From the NCBI GenBank assembly GCA_963724295.1, contig CAVRUC010000010.1:288001-352000 (forward strand): a DNA stretch of 64,000 bases. Direction: 5' to 3'. The stretch comes from an uncultured Chloroflexia bacterium (lineage in GTDB: Bacteria; Chloroflexota; Chloroflexia; Thermomicrobiales; UBA6265). Positions 52,948 to 63,240 of the stretch are shown here, piece by piece. The notes beneath the pieces were generated by a model that ran no database searches, was not told the DNA's origin, and was given only the letters and a program-made list of their open reading frames with translations. The translations under genes and the position numbers were made by a program. Position 1 is the stretch's first letter. Each line of letters opens with the position of its first letter.

Positions 52948-54411
52948 GTGGTACTAGAGCGAATCACGACGCCGCAGGTGAAGATCGGTGTCTTTGGCAT
53001 CGGTCTGCACGCTTACTGGGATCAATTTCCGGGGCTCAAGGAACGTCTCGAGGGCTATCAGCGCCACGTCGAGCAGCGGCTGCGTGCCCTCGGCGCGGAA
53101 GTCATCTCTGCCGGGCTGGTTGATACCGCCCCGGCGGCAAGAGAGGCCGGCGTCCGATTTACCCGGGAGGACGTCGATCTCATCGTCTGCTACGCCGGCA
53201 CCTATGCCACCTCCTCGCAAGTGGTCCCGGTCATACAGGGCATCAGCCGTCCGGTGCTCGTGCTGAATCTGCAGCCCACGCCCGCGCTCGACTACGAGCG
53301 GACCGATACCGGCGAGTGGCTCGCTAACTGCTGTGTCTGTTGCGTGCCGGAGCTGGCCGGCACCTTCACCCGCTGCGGCATCCCCTTCAACGTCGTCAGC
53401 GGTCTGTTGCGAGAGGAAGACGGACTGGCCGGCGCTCGGGCCTGGGGAGAGATCGGCGACTGGGTGGCCGCCGCGGTCGCGGCACGGGCACTCCGCGGCG
53501 GGCGGCTGGGGTTCCTGGGCCACACCTACCCCGGCATGCTCGACCTCTACTCCGATTTCACCACGATCACCGCGCAAACCGGTCTCCACGTCGAGATCCT
53601 GGAGATCGACGATCTGGAGGCCAGGGTCGGCGCCGCTACCCCGGACGAGGTCCGCCGGCACCTGGACGTAGTCCACGCGTCATTCCAGATCAGCGCGGAC
53701 AGTCCTTCCGACCCGCTGGCCCGCGCCCCGCATCCCGATGACCTGGAGTGGGCCGCTCGCGTGGCGGCCGGTCTGGAGGCGCTGCGCCGCGACTTCGCGC
53801 TCGACGCCCTCGCGTACTACTACCGCGGGTTGGGTGGCAACGCCGCGGAGCGGCTCGGCGCCGGTCTGATCCTTGGCAACACCTTACTCACCGGACGCGG
53901 CGTGCCGTGTGCGGGCGAGGGCGATGCCAGGACCGCGATCGCGATGCTGATCATGGACCGGCTTGGGGCCGGCGGCTCCTTTACCGAGTTTGCCGCGATG
54001 GATTTCGTCGACGACTTCCTGCTGATGGGCCACGACGGACCCTTCCACCTCGCCATCGCCGAGGGCCGGCCCATCCTGCGGGGTCTGGAGCTGTTTCACG
54101 GCAAACGTGGCGGCGGCGTCTCGGTCGAGGCCCGGGTGAAAACCGGGCCGGTCACGATTCTGACCCTGACCCAGACGGCTGATGGCCGCCTGAAGTTGCT
54201 CACCGCCGAGGGCGAATCGCTCCCTGGCCCGACGCTCCGCGTCGGCAACACCACCTCGCGCATCGCCTTCCCGCTGCCCCCGGCCGAGTTCATCAATCGC
54301 TGGTGCAGCCACGGACCGACCCATCACTGCGCCCTGGGTGTTGGCCATCACGCCGCTCGCGTCGGTAAAGTCGCTCGCCTCCTCGGCCTCGAGGTGGTGC
54401 ACGTAGGCTGA
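52948..54411 (+). CDS. L-fucose/L-arabinose isomerase family protein
   Basis: YWDQFPGL, AGEGD, SFTEF, GHDGP, GPTHHCALGVGH. Confidence 0.85.
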   Translation: MVLERITTPQVKIGVFGIGLHAYWDQFPGLKERLEGYQRHVEQRLRALGAEVISAGLVDTAPAAREAGVRFTREDVDLIVCYAGTYATSSQVVPVIQGISRPVLVLNLQPTPALDYERTDTGEWLANCCVCCVPELAGTFTRCGIPFNVVSGLLREEDGLAGARAWGEIGDWVAAAVAARALRGGRLGFLGHTYPGMLDLYSDFTTITAQTGLHVEILEIDDLEARVGAATPDEVRRHLDVVHASFQISADSPSDPLARAPHPDDLEWAARVAAGLEALRRDFALDALAYYYRGLGGNAAERLGAGLILGNTLLTGRGVPCAGEGDARTAIAMLIMDRLGAGGSFTEFAAMDFVDDFLLMGHDGPFHLAIAEGRPILRGLELFHGKRGGGVSVEARVKTGPVTILTLTQTADGRLKLLTAEGESLPGPTLRVGNTTSRIAFPLPPAEFINRWCSHGPTHHCALGVGHHAARVGKVARLLGLEVVHVG

Positions 54412-54590
54412 CCGGTGGTGGCGCGCACTGTGGTTACCTTCCGAGGCCGTAGGCCCGGAGCGCTGGACTCGATTCTGCTAGGACACTGGTGTGAGACCCG
54501 GAGTTCAGCCGGGTAACCTTCGGGGGCACAGGAGGTTGGGGAGGCGAGGCGATCCTTCGCCGTCTTCACGTTCAAGCAGACAGGAGACTG

Positions 54591-55742
54591 ATGACCCAGC
54601 GTGACATCGTCGTGATCGGCGCCTCCGCCGGCGGCATCCAGGCCCTCACCACCCTGGTCGCGGGCCTTTCGCGGGACTTCCCGGCGTCGATCCTGGTCGT
54701 CGTTCACATTCCGCCATACGCTGTCAGCCGGCTCCCCGAGATTCTGAGCCGGTCCGGCCCGCTGCTGGCCACTCACGCCCAGCAGGGCGAAGCCATTGCA
54801 CCGGGTCGCATCTATGTCGCCCCGCCCGACCGCCATCTGCTCGTCCGCAGCGGCTGGATCGAGCTCTCCCGTGGACCGCGCGAGAATCACGCGCGGCCGG
54901 CGATCGACCCAATGTTCCGCACGGCCGCCCGGGCCTATGGCCGGCGGACGGTCGGCGTCGTTCTCTCAGGCGCCCTCTACGATGGCAGCATGGGTCTGCT
55001 GGCAATCAAGACCCGAGGTGGCATGGCCATCGTGCAGGATCCCGGGGAGGCCAGCGTCGATAGCATGCCGCGCCGGGCGATCGAGCGCGCCGCGGCAGAC
55101 CATATTTTGCCGGTGGCCGAGATAGCCACGGCGCTTACCGACCTCGTCCAGCAGCCCGTCATAGCCCAGGGAGAGAACACCATGGTGAACACGATTGACG
55201 CTGAAGAGCGGCTGGAGGCGGTTATCGCCGAGGATTTCGTGGAGCAGGCCAACGACGGGCGCCCCGAGGAGACGACGCTCTTCACCTGCCCGGACTGCGG
55301 CGGGGTGCTCTGGCAAGGTGGGGACGGACCGGTGCTTCGGTTCCGTTGTCACGTCGGTCATGCCTTTGCCCCGGAATTACTCCTCAGTCAGAAGTCCGAG
55401 GAGTTGGAGACGGCGCTCTGGTCGAGTCTGCGGCTGCTCAAAGAGAAGGCGACGCTGACGTTGCAGCTCGCCAACCGCACTCGTACCTCCGGCAATGGCA
55501 AGGGGGCACAGGCGGCGGAACGGATTGCGGAACAAGCCAAACTGGATCAGCGGCATGCGCAGGTGATCCAGGAGCTGCTGGAGGCCATGCCAAGTCCGAT
55601 GGACCAGGCCGCGGTGGTGACCCATGCCATGAACGAGGGAGTGATCGCGGTTCACGGCGAAGCGGTTGGTGGCGGCCGGGCTACGAGCACCGACGTGATT
55701 GCTACGGCAGGACGTGAGGGAGAATCCTCACTCCCGTCCTGA
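54591..55742 (+). CDS. CheB-type methylesterase with C-terminal CxxC..CH domain
   Basis: GASAGG, VVHI, RPAIDP, LSGALYDG; FTCPDCGG..FRCHVGH. Confidence 0.88.
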   Translation: MTQRDIVVIGASAGGIQALTTLVAGLSRDFPASILVVVHIPPYAVSRLPEILSRSGPLLATHAQQGEAIAPGRIYVAPPDRHLLVRSGWIELSRGPRENHARPAIDPMFRTAARAYGRRTVGVVLSGALYDGSMGLLAIKTRGGMAIVQDPGEASVDSMPRRAIERAAADHILPVAEIATALTDLVQQPVIAQGENTMVNTIDAEERLEAVIAEDFVEQANDGRPEETTLFTCPDCGGVLWQGGDGPVLRFRCHVGHAFAPELLLSQKSEELETALWSSLRLLKEKATLTLQLANRTRTSGNGKGAQAAERIAEQAKLDQRHAQVIQELLEAMPSPMDQAAVVTHAMNEGVIAVHGEAVGGGRATSTDVIATAGREGESSLPS

Positions 55743-55910
55743 ATCACTGGTTCTTCCTTCTACAGCCCACTGTTCCATTCGCTTCCGACTCAGCAAGAAC
55801 TCGGGAGTTCCTCATCCAGAGCCCCAAGTCTCGGCTCGCGCCGCTGGCACGCCACCTGCGTACGTACATCTGTGCCCCGCACCGTCAAGAATCGTGAGGA
55901 GGATCAATTC

Positions 55911-56450
55911 GTGTCTATTGGTACGATGCGCGAGCTATTCGTGCATGAGCTGTCGGATGCGATGAGCGCGGAGCAGCAGATTCTGAAGATGCTGCCAGAG
56001 CTGCGCAAAGAAGCGCTCCATCCGGAGCTGACGCAAGCCCTCAAAGAGCACGAGCAAGAGACGAAGGCGCAGATCAAGAATCTGGAAGAAGTTTTCAAGC
56101 AGATCGGTGAGAAGCCGGAGGAGACGACCTGCTTCGGCGTGAAAGGGCTGGCGGACGAGCATCAGGCGCTCCACGAGGAGGATCCCTCACCGGAGATGCT
56201 GGAGATGGCGAACGTCAGCGGTGCAGAGAAGACCGAGCATTACGAGATGGTGATGTACACCGGCCTCATCCAGATGGCAAAGGATCTCGGAGAGCGGGAC
56301 GCCGCTCAACTCCTGCAGGAGAACCTCGACCAGGAGAAGGCGATGGCCAAGCGGGTGGAAGCGCTCTCGAAGGAGCTGAGCAAGCAGGCCAAGAGCCGGG
56401 AAGCCGAGAAGGAGAGCGAGCTGGTCGGCGCCCGCTCCGGCCGCAAGTAA
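55911..56450 (+). CDS. YciE/YciF ferritin-like protein (DUF892)
   Basis: HELSD..AEQQ, HEQET, EHYE..Y, ENLDQEK; RBS GAGGAGG. Confidence 0.88.
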   Translation: MSIGTMRELFVHELSDAMSAEQQILKMLPELRKEALHPELTQALKEHEQETKAQIKNLEEVFKQIGEKPEETTCFGVKGLADEHQALHEEDPSPEMLEMANVSGAEKTEHYEMVMYTGLIQMAKDLGERDAAQLLQENLDQEKAMAKRVEALSKELSKQAKSREAEKESELVGARSGRK

Positions 56451-56486
56451 GAGCTTCACAACGATCGCCACTTTCGCCCGAGAGTA

Positions 56487-56515
56487 TTGACAACGCGGCA
56501 CGCAGGGTGTACGTT
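56487..56515 (+). promoter_or_regulatory. Strong sigma70-type promoter with no downstream + strand CDS
   Basis: TTGACA-17 nt-TACGTT. Confidence 0.6.
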
Positions 56516-56521
56516 CACTCT

Positions 56522-56701
56522 AACGCCAAACGCGGAGGGAACCCAGTTCCCGAAGCGGATGGCGCGGCAGACGCCGACGAGGCTCGCGCGAAAGCGCTGG
56601 ACTTGTCGGCGTCTTGCTATGTCCCTCGCTTCGTGAACTCCGTCGGTGATTGATTCCGGCTTTGCAGAGACCTGGGTAGAGCCGGTACGAACCGGCACCG
56701 A
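56522..56701 (+). ncRNA. Candidate structured ncRNA, family unassigned
   Basis: Nested stems 56532-37/56638-43, 56551-57/56627-33, 56569-81/56602-14, GCGC-GAAA-GCGC cap; second domain 56643-56701. Confidence 0.5.
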
Positions 56702-56751
56702 GGCAAGGCCGATCCCCTATCACCCCAACACCCTGCACCCCGACACCCACG

Positions 56752-57852
56752 TCAGATGATGATGTTGCAACCCAGGAAGCCGTCGGAGTAGCCGAGCAGG
56801 ATCGATTGGCTGCGCTGCGCGCCGGTGCCGTGGGCCTGCGGATCGTACTCGGCAATGAACCCCGGGTCGCCCAGGGTGTTGACCGTGAACTCGACCGTGG
56901 CGTCGATGTCACCGGTCTCCAGCGCTCCGCGCGAATCGAGGTCCTGCGCCCAGGAGCCACTCATGCAGTCGGCCATCAGCTCCAGCTCGATGGAGTAGAC
57001 CTCCTCCCAGCTATCCGGCCTGTCCCCCGGTCCAACCCGCTCCAGACCCACGGAATCCTGGACGTGGTGCGCCCACTCGTGGGCGATGACGAAAGCGGGA
57101 ATGAAGTCATCCGACTGACCGATCTCCATTAACTTGGCTTCCTCGAGGTAGATCGTCTCATTGGGCGGGCAATAGAACGCGTAGAACCCGGTCGCGGCCG
57201 GTCCGCAGGCCGTGTTGACGCGGTCGCCGGGGGCGACGAGCACTACCCCTGGAGAGTGGTAGGGGGTCGGCGTGTAGGAGAGGACGTCGGCGTAGAATGC
57301 ATCGAGGTCGTCGACGACATTCTGGATGAGGTCTCCCTCCGTGATCGGCTGCGATTGCTGGCCGTAGGTCTCGATTGCCTGCTGCACGGTCTCCGCGCTA
57401 CTGCCGAAGAACCAGCGCCACTCGCCACCACTCTCGACGAGATACATGTCATCTTCCAGCCAGGTCTGCTGATTGTTCTCATCGACAAAGGGCTGGATGA
57501 ATGAGATTTTGGCCGCGTAGGGGTACTCGGTCCCCGTCACTCCCCACGTCCAGGGCACCATTTCGACGCCGGTGATCTGGGCCTGCCCGGCCTGAGCTTC
57601 CGTGTAGACATCGGTGAAGGTGCCGACCGCCGCCGCGCGAGGCACAACCGCCATGGCGTCGGGATGCATGTAGTCGTACATCGTGTTGAACTTCCGTTCT
57701 CCAGCCAGGCGCAAGATCTCGGTCGCCGTCGCCGCGGCGTTCGCGCGGTCGTGGTTGACGTCGCGCTCCGGCTCCTGCGCCGCCCCATGCATCGCCGCGC
57801 CGGGGGCGAGCAAGGTCATGGCGACGATGAAGACTGACACGAGGTAACGCAT
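56752..57852 (-). CDS. Secreted neutral zinc metallopeptidase (YpfJ-like)
   Basis: Signal peptide; TACG, AFYCP, AHEWAHHVQ, ELMADC..G, HGTGAQR. Confidence 0.88.
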   Translation of the reverse strand: MRYLVSVFIVAMTLLAPGAAMHGAAQEPERDVNHDRANAAATATEILRLAGERKFNTMYDYMHPDAMAVVPRAAAVGTFTDVYTEAQAGQAQITGVEMVPWTWGVTGTEYPYAAKISFIQPFVDENNQQTWLEDDMYLVESGGEWRWFFGSSAETVQQAIETYGQQSQPITEGDLIQNVVDDLDAFYADVLSYTPTPYHSPGVVLVAPGDRVNTACGPAATGFYAFYCPPNETIYLEEAKLMEIGQSDDFIPAFVIAHEWAHHVQDSVGLERVGPGDRPDSWEEVYSIELELMADCMSGSWAQDLDSRGALETGDIDATVEFTVNTLGDPGFIAEYDPQAHGTGAQRSQSILLGYSDGFLGCNIII

Positions 57853-58090
57853 CCGACGTCCTTTCGTTATGTTGTCCCTGGCCGAGCGGGCGCACTTCTT
57901 GCTTTGAGTCAGATGGTCACGCGGCTTGCCGGCAGCAGTTGGTTCCGCCACGGTTGGGGTGGTGCTCCCGATCGCCGCTGCTTCCAATGATACCGATAGA
58001 AACGGGCGCCGCGATGGACCCAGCATGTGCCGCCGGGGGTAGGGTGCGGATACCCGCGGTGAGCCAGCACGAAGGAGAACAGGGAAAACG

Positions 58091-58927
58091 ATGACCGAAA
58101 AGAAGCTCAAGGGACTGTTCGGAGGCGGGGAAGCGGATGACGCTCAGGGCGGGCAACGCGCGGAAAGGCAAGCCCGGCGCGCCGCTCGCGGCGATGGTGG
58201 CGGTCGCGGTGGACAGCGGCGACAACGCAGTCCGGAAGAAGTCGCCCAGGCCGAGGACTTTATCAACCGCTACACCACTGGCAACCCCTCCGAGGGTTTC
58301 TCGTCGGAAGAAGCGGTCAACTACTTGCGCCAGGTCCGCAGTGAAGCACCGCCCGAGGTGATGCAGCGCGCGGCCGTGGAGACAGTCCGCAATCTCCCCG
58401 ACGACCAGCGCAAAGCCTTCGCCGAAATGTTGCAGCGGCGGCAGGCGGGCACGGGAATGGTCACCATCGAGCGCACCGGCCAGGCGCGCGAGGCCCAAGG
58501 CCGCAGCGGAGGCCAATCCGGCGGCGGCATGGACGACATGTTGGGCGGTCTCTTCGGCGGCCTCTTCGGCGGTGGCATGACCCAACCGGAGCCGTACCCG
58601 CAGCCGCGCCAGTCACCGCAAGGCCAGGGTGGTTTTGGTGCGGACGACATGCTCGGCGGGTTGCTGGGTGGTCTCCTGGGCGGCGGCATGACGCAGCAAC
58701 AGCCGCGCGGATACAGCCAGTCTGACAACAATCCTTTTGATGATCTCTTCGGGGGCATGTTTGGAGGCGGGGACGACGACCAGGTACCGCAGCGACGGCA
58801 GCAGCCCCAGGCACAACAGGGCGGGGGCGTCGACGAAATCCTGAGCAGTCCGCTGGGTAAAGCCGTCCTGGGTGGTATAGCAGCCTTCGCCATGAAAGAG
58901 ATGATGGACCGGGACGGCCGGCTCTAG
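58091..58927 (+). CDS. Gly/Gln-rich hypothetical protein with internal repeats
   Basis: DDMLGGLxGGLxGGGMTQ repeats; C-terminal SPLGKAVLGGIAAFAMK. Confidence 0.7.
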   Translation: MTEKKLKGLFGGGEADDAQGGQRAERQARRAARGDGGGRGGQRRQRSPEEVAQAEDFINRYTTGNPSEGFSSEEAVNYLRQVRSEAPPEVMQRAAVETVRNLPDDQRKAFAEMLQRRQAGTGMVTIERTGQAREAQGRSGGQSGGGMDDMLGGLFGGLFGGGMTQPEPYPQPRQSPQGQGGFGADDMLGGLLGGLLGGGMTQQQPRGYSQSDNNPFDDLFGGMFGGGDDDQVPQRRQQPQAQQGGGVDEILSSPLGKAVLGGIAAFAMKEMMDRDGRL

Positions 58928-58960
58928 CGCGGATCGAGTGTTCTGACCGATCCTTGATGC

Positions 58961-59212
58961 GTGCCGAAATACGACTACGCCTGCCCTGAATGCGGGGCAA
59001 CGCACGAACGGGAGCGGCCGATGTCAGACGCGGCCGCTCCCGCGGCGTGTCCGGTCTGCGGCATCGCGGCGGCACGCGTCTACACGGTGCCGAAATTGCT
59101 CTTCAAAGCAGACCCGCGTGACGTCCGCCCCGTCTGGCACAACCACGACGGATACTCGCACCAACATGCGCCTCGAAGGGGTCGTCATCGGACGCCGAGT
59201 GAGGATCATTGA
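58961..59212 (+). CDS. FmdB family zinc-ribbon protein
   Basis: PKYDYACPECG...ACPVCG. Confidence 0.8.
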   Translation: MPKYDYACPECGATHERERPMSDAAAPAACPVCGIAAARVYTVPKLLFKADPRDVRPVWHNHDGYSHQHAPRRGRHRTPSEDH

Positions 59213-59393
59213 GTGGGTTGTCGAGATTGATCTGGATCGTGGTCGAGAATCGGGGGTCGTGATCTTTGCCCCAGACCGTTGCGCTCTACATAGAGAGCAA
59301 ATTGCGCGAGACGCTTCTGTTCGTACGTTAGATTGTTGCCAGACCCTGTTCCGGTCTGAGACAGCATGCTCGCTGCAGTAGAGTACGGTCGTC

Positions 59394-60191
59394 ATGTCGA
59401 CTCCGACGTCCGAAGCAGGTACCCAACACCCGGCGGCAATGCGCGTCGCGATCGTAACCGGGGCCGCGCGGGGGCTTGGTCTGGATATCGCCCGGCGGCT
59501 GTTGCGAGACGGCATGGCCGTGGTCATGGCCGACGTCGATGAGGGTGTGTCCGATGCGGCGGCGCGGCGCGGCAGCCCCGCCATTGCCGCCGTCTGCGAT
59601 GTGCGCGACGCAAGGCAGGTCGATTCCCTGGTTGAGACGACCGTCACGCGACTGGGACGCCTCGATCTCTTCGTGGCCAACGCCGGTGTTGGCAGTGGCG
59701 GCCCGATCGCCGAGACGAGCGATGACGCGTACCGCCAAATCGTCGGCGTCAACCTCGACGGCGCCTTCTTCAGCTGCCGGGCGGCTGCCCGCGCCATGAT
59801 TCCCGCCAGAGCGGGGTGCATCGTGACGCTCGGCTCCATCTTCGGTCGTGACACGCCGGCCGGGTCGGGCGTCTATGGGGCCACCAAGGCGGGAGTGATC
59901 GCTCTCACGCACGCGCTCGCCCGCGAGCTCGGGCCCCACGGCATTCGCGTCAATTGCGTCTGCCCGGGCAACATGGCCACCGAGATGCATTGGGCGGCAT
60001 TGCGCCGGCGCGGCGCGGCCGCGGGCGTGCCGTTCGAGCGCGTCGTCGAGGAAGTCCGGGCCAGTATCCCGCTCGGCAGGCACGGCACCGGCGACGACAT
60101 TGGCGCCGTCGTAAGCTTTCTCGCCTCCGATGATGCGGCATACATCACCGGGCAAACCATCAACGTCGACGGCGGTTACCAGCCTATCTAG
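59394..60191 (+). CDS. SDR family oxidoreductase
   Basis: TGAARGLG, ANAG, YGATK, YITGQTINVDGG. Confidence 0.92.
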   Translation: MSTPTSEAGTQHPAAMRVAIVTGAARGLGLDIARRLLRDGMAVVMADVDEGVSDAAARRGSPAIAAVCDVRDARQVDSLVETTVTRLGRLDLFVANAGVGSGGPIAETSDDAYRQIVGVNLDGAFFSCRAAARAMIPARAGCIVTLGSIFGRDTPAGSGVYGATKAGVIALTHALARELGPHGIRVNCVCPGNMATEMHWAALRRRGAAAGVPFERVVEEVRASIPLGRHGTGDDIGAVVSFLASDDAAYITGQTINVDGGYQPI

Positions 60192-60198
60192 GTGCACG

Positions 60199-60989
60199 AT
60201 GTCGATCCAGCTTGATTTCAGCGGTGAGATCGTGCTCGTCAGCGGCGGCGCAACGGGTCTCGGGTTCGCCACCGCCCGGGCCTTTGGCCTCCACGGCGCC
60301 ACGGTCGCCCTCAACGACCTGACCGAGGATCGGGTTGAGGCGGCGTGTGAACGGCTCCGGCAGGAGTCGATTGCCTGCCGCGGGTACGTGGCGGATGTCC
60401 GCGACGCCGGCGCGGTTTCGGCGCTGGTCACCACGCTCGAGGACGAGCTGGGTGCGCCGAGATGTCGCCGTCGCAAATGCGGGTCTCTACCCCAACACAC
60501 CCTTCCTCGAGATGTCCGAGACCGAATGGGACCGGGTCATCGACACCAATCTCAAGGGGGTCTTCCTCATCTGCCAGGCCGCGGCGCGATCGATGGTCCG
60601 AGCCGGCAAAGCGGGGCGGATCATCGTCGTCAGCTCGACCGCCGCGCGACGAGCCATCTGGGGCTGGTCACACTACTGCACATCCAAGGCAGCCACGGTC
60701 ATGCTGACGAGCGCGATGGCGCTGGAGCTGGGAAGGCACGGCATCCGCGTCAATGCCGTGCTTCCGGGGTACATCGACGTCGCGGATGGAGGCCGAGCAC
60801 CTCTCCCTCGCCTACCGGGAAGGAGCGCGCAGCGCCGCCTCACTCGGGCGCCCCGGGACGCCGGAAGACGTGGCGCGGGGCGTGCTGATGCTGGCGTCAC
60901 CTCTGGCCGAGTACATCAACGGCGCCGCTGTCGTGATCGATGGCGGAGCGAGTGCGGGACCTGTCGGTCTCCGGGTCGTCGACTCGTAG
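60199..60989 (+). pseudogene. SDR family oxidoreductase with two apparent +1 frameshifts
   Basis: SGGATGLG | ANAG..YCTSK | GRPGTPEDVA..IDGG lie in three frames; breaks at ~60460 and ~60794. Confidence 0.75.
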
Positions 60990-61044
60990 CACATACCGGC
61001 TACGTCGACATCGAAGAAACGGAAGTCCTCCGCTGAGGCCCGCA

Positions 61045-61400
61045 CTAGCGGCTCGCGTGCTGAGCCATGTGTGTTGCGACATTCATCGGCTCGGGGGTCG
61101 TGATGTTCAGAGATGCCTCCGCCGTCAGGGACGCGGCGATCTCCGGTTGCAACCTGGTAGCTGTTCCCGCGGCGATGGCTGTCCGAGCCGCCTCCAGCGG
61201 AGTCGGCGTCCGAGTGCCAAAGAGCGCAACCCGCGTCTCCGTGAAGCGTGTCTCGGGTGACGCGCCACCACAACCGCTCACGACGAGGGTGAGAGCGAGA
61301 CCGGCGAGGAGTACCCAGACGGAACGCGAGAGCACTAGGGCTTGGGGGGATGAGAGGGCCGATCCATGCGGCCCTGCTTGCACAATGGGGTCCAGGCCAC
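61045..61400 (-). CDS. Possible small lipoprotein or fragment
   Basis: Hydrophobic stretch + VVSGC lipobox; start unclear. Confidence 0.3.
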
Positions 61401-61617
61401 ATACTCGAGTCCGCCATAGCCCGACTCCACCGGTACCGGAGTAAACAACTGCTCGCCGGGAGCCGTTGGCGCGGATCCTGCAACTCTCGCCCACCGGCCG
61501 GGAAGATCTTGCCCTGCGGCATTCGGGCGGCTGCCGGTGAGCAAGCTGGCCAGGGTCTTGCCAGTTGCAACGCTAAAGAGCAAATCAGACCGCGGCGCGG
61601 GCGCGTGGTGAGGTGGG

Positions 61618-63240
61618 ATGGCGCAGGTCCTCAAACGGCACTACACAACATCCAGCTGGTCCATTCGTCGACTGACGATGTCGACCGCCGATCGCATGCT
61701 CTGGCTGCTCGTGCTGGTCGCGGCAGCCGGATGGAGCCTGGTCGCGCGGTGGTATTCGCTGCCGGCCAATGAGACGAATACGCACTTTGCCTTCGAGAAG
61801 ATTCCGGGAGGCTTCGCCTCGCCGATCCTGCGAGGCACCCTCCTCCTCTTCCTCATGATGGGCGCCATCTACGCCGGTGGCTACTTCCTCTTGTCTCGTC
61901 AGGAACGCGTCTCATCGGGTGCGAGATTCGCTATCGTGGCCATGGTCTGTCTCCCGGCGATCGCCAATCTGTTCGTCTATCCGGTTGGCGCGCTGGACGT
62001 TTTCAACTACATGATCGAGCTGAAACTCGCCTACGGCTACGGCGAGAATCCTTACCTGGTGACCTTTGCCGGGTATCGCGACGACCCCTTTGCTCTACCG
62101 GCGTTCCTGGTCGATGTTCCCCTGTTCTATGGACCCGTCTGGCTGATCGCCTACGGGCTCCCGGTTGCGCTGGTCGGGTTTCAATCGATCATCGGGCTCC
62201 TCGGCGCGCTGAAACTCTTCAATCTGGGTTTGCTGGCGCTGACCGGGCTGGTGATCTACCGATCGCATCAGGATGACCGTGCCGGGTGGCTCGGCGTCTA
62301 TCTGTTCCTGGCCAATCCCCTGGTTCTGTTCGAAGGGGTTGGGAACGCCCATAACGACGTGCTGATGACGCTGTTCCTCGTCGCGGCGCTGGTCGCGTTC
62401 CACCGCAAGTCGGTCATCGCCGGGCCCATGTTCGCGCTCTCGGCATTGGTCAAGCCCTTCACGATCGTCCTCGCCCCACTGCTCCTGGCTGTCATGCTGA
62501 GAGGTCGTTGGGGATGGCGCCGGCTCGCACTCGCTGGGTCACTCGCGCTGCTGGTCGTGGTGGTCGCGGTGATGCCGTACTGGGCTGACGGCGCCATGAT
62601 CGACGGGCTGCGGGAGGGAACGGCCAAATCCCAGGAGATGAACCATGTCTCCGTGCTGTCGCTGGCTCAGCAGGCCGTCAGCACCAACTCCGTCTCGTCC
62701 GGGTTCGCTCCGCTCTTTGCCATCGGGAGCGGCTCGCCATCCTCACCAGCCAGTGAGTCATCGATCTTACCGGCCTGGCAGACCAAAACCACGTTTGGGC
62801 TCCCCTCCGTAGCGGTGAGACGGGCCCTCGTCACCCAGGTCTGTCTCGCGGTCTTCGTCGTCCTGGCCCTGGCCATTGCCGTGGCCGTCGCCCGCGGACG
62901 CGTGATGGAGGCGGGGGTCGTCGCTACGCTGATGCTCTTCTCACTCCTCCTGACCAACCTCTACCCCTGGTACCTGATCCCGATGGTGGCCTGCGTAGCG
63001 CTGTGGCAAAGCCGGCGGGGTCTCGGCTACGTCTTCATCGGCACGACTCTGGGGCTAGCGTATTACCCGGCGTATGTCTACGCGCGCTTCGGCTCGGGAT
63101 GGGACGAGCTCACCATCCACCTCTTCCTGGCGCTCTTCCTGACCGTACCGATGCTCATCTATCTCATCGCCGAAGCCGCTGGCTTTGTGATCCGGTTGCC
63201 CAACCGCCGCTTGGCAAACGATCAGCCGTTGCCAGTCTGA
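61618..63240 (+). CDS. GT-C polytopic membrane glycosyltransferase (MptA/B-like)
   Basis: DVFNY..GENPY, YGPVW, NPLVL..GNAHND, LVK, YPWY. Confidence 0.8.
   Translation: MAQVLKRHYTTSSWSIRRLTMSTADRMLWLLVLVAAAGWSLVARWYSLPANETNTHFAFEKIPGGFASPILRGTLLLFLMMGAIYAGGYFLLSRQERVSSGARFAIVAMVCLPAIANLFVYPVGALDVFNYMIELKLAYGYGENPYLVTFAGYRDDPFALPAFLVDVPLFYGPVWLIAYGLPVALVGFQSIIGLLGALKLFNLGLLALTGLVIYRSHQDDRAGWLGVYLFLANPLVLFEGVGNAHNDVLMTLFLVAALVAFHRKSVIAGPMFALSALVKPFTIVLAPLLLAVMLRGRWGWRRLALAGSLALLVVVVAVMPYWADGAMIDGLREGTAKSQEMNHVSVLSLAQQAVSTNSVSSGFAPLFAIGSGSPSSPASESSILPAWQTKTTFGLPSVAVRRALVTQVCLAVFVVLALAIAVAVARGRVMEAGVVATLMLFSLLLTNLYPWYLIPMVACVALWQSRRGLGYVFIGTTLGLAYYPAYVYARFGSGWDELTIHLFLALFLTVPMLIYLIAEAAGFVIRLPNRRLANDQPLPV

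Noticed and set aside
56522..56701. SRP RNA or hammerhead ribozyme identity for the structured RNA
   Set aside because: Lacks the SRP helix-8 CAGG/GGAA/AGCA motif and the CUGANGA/GAAA hammerhead core.
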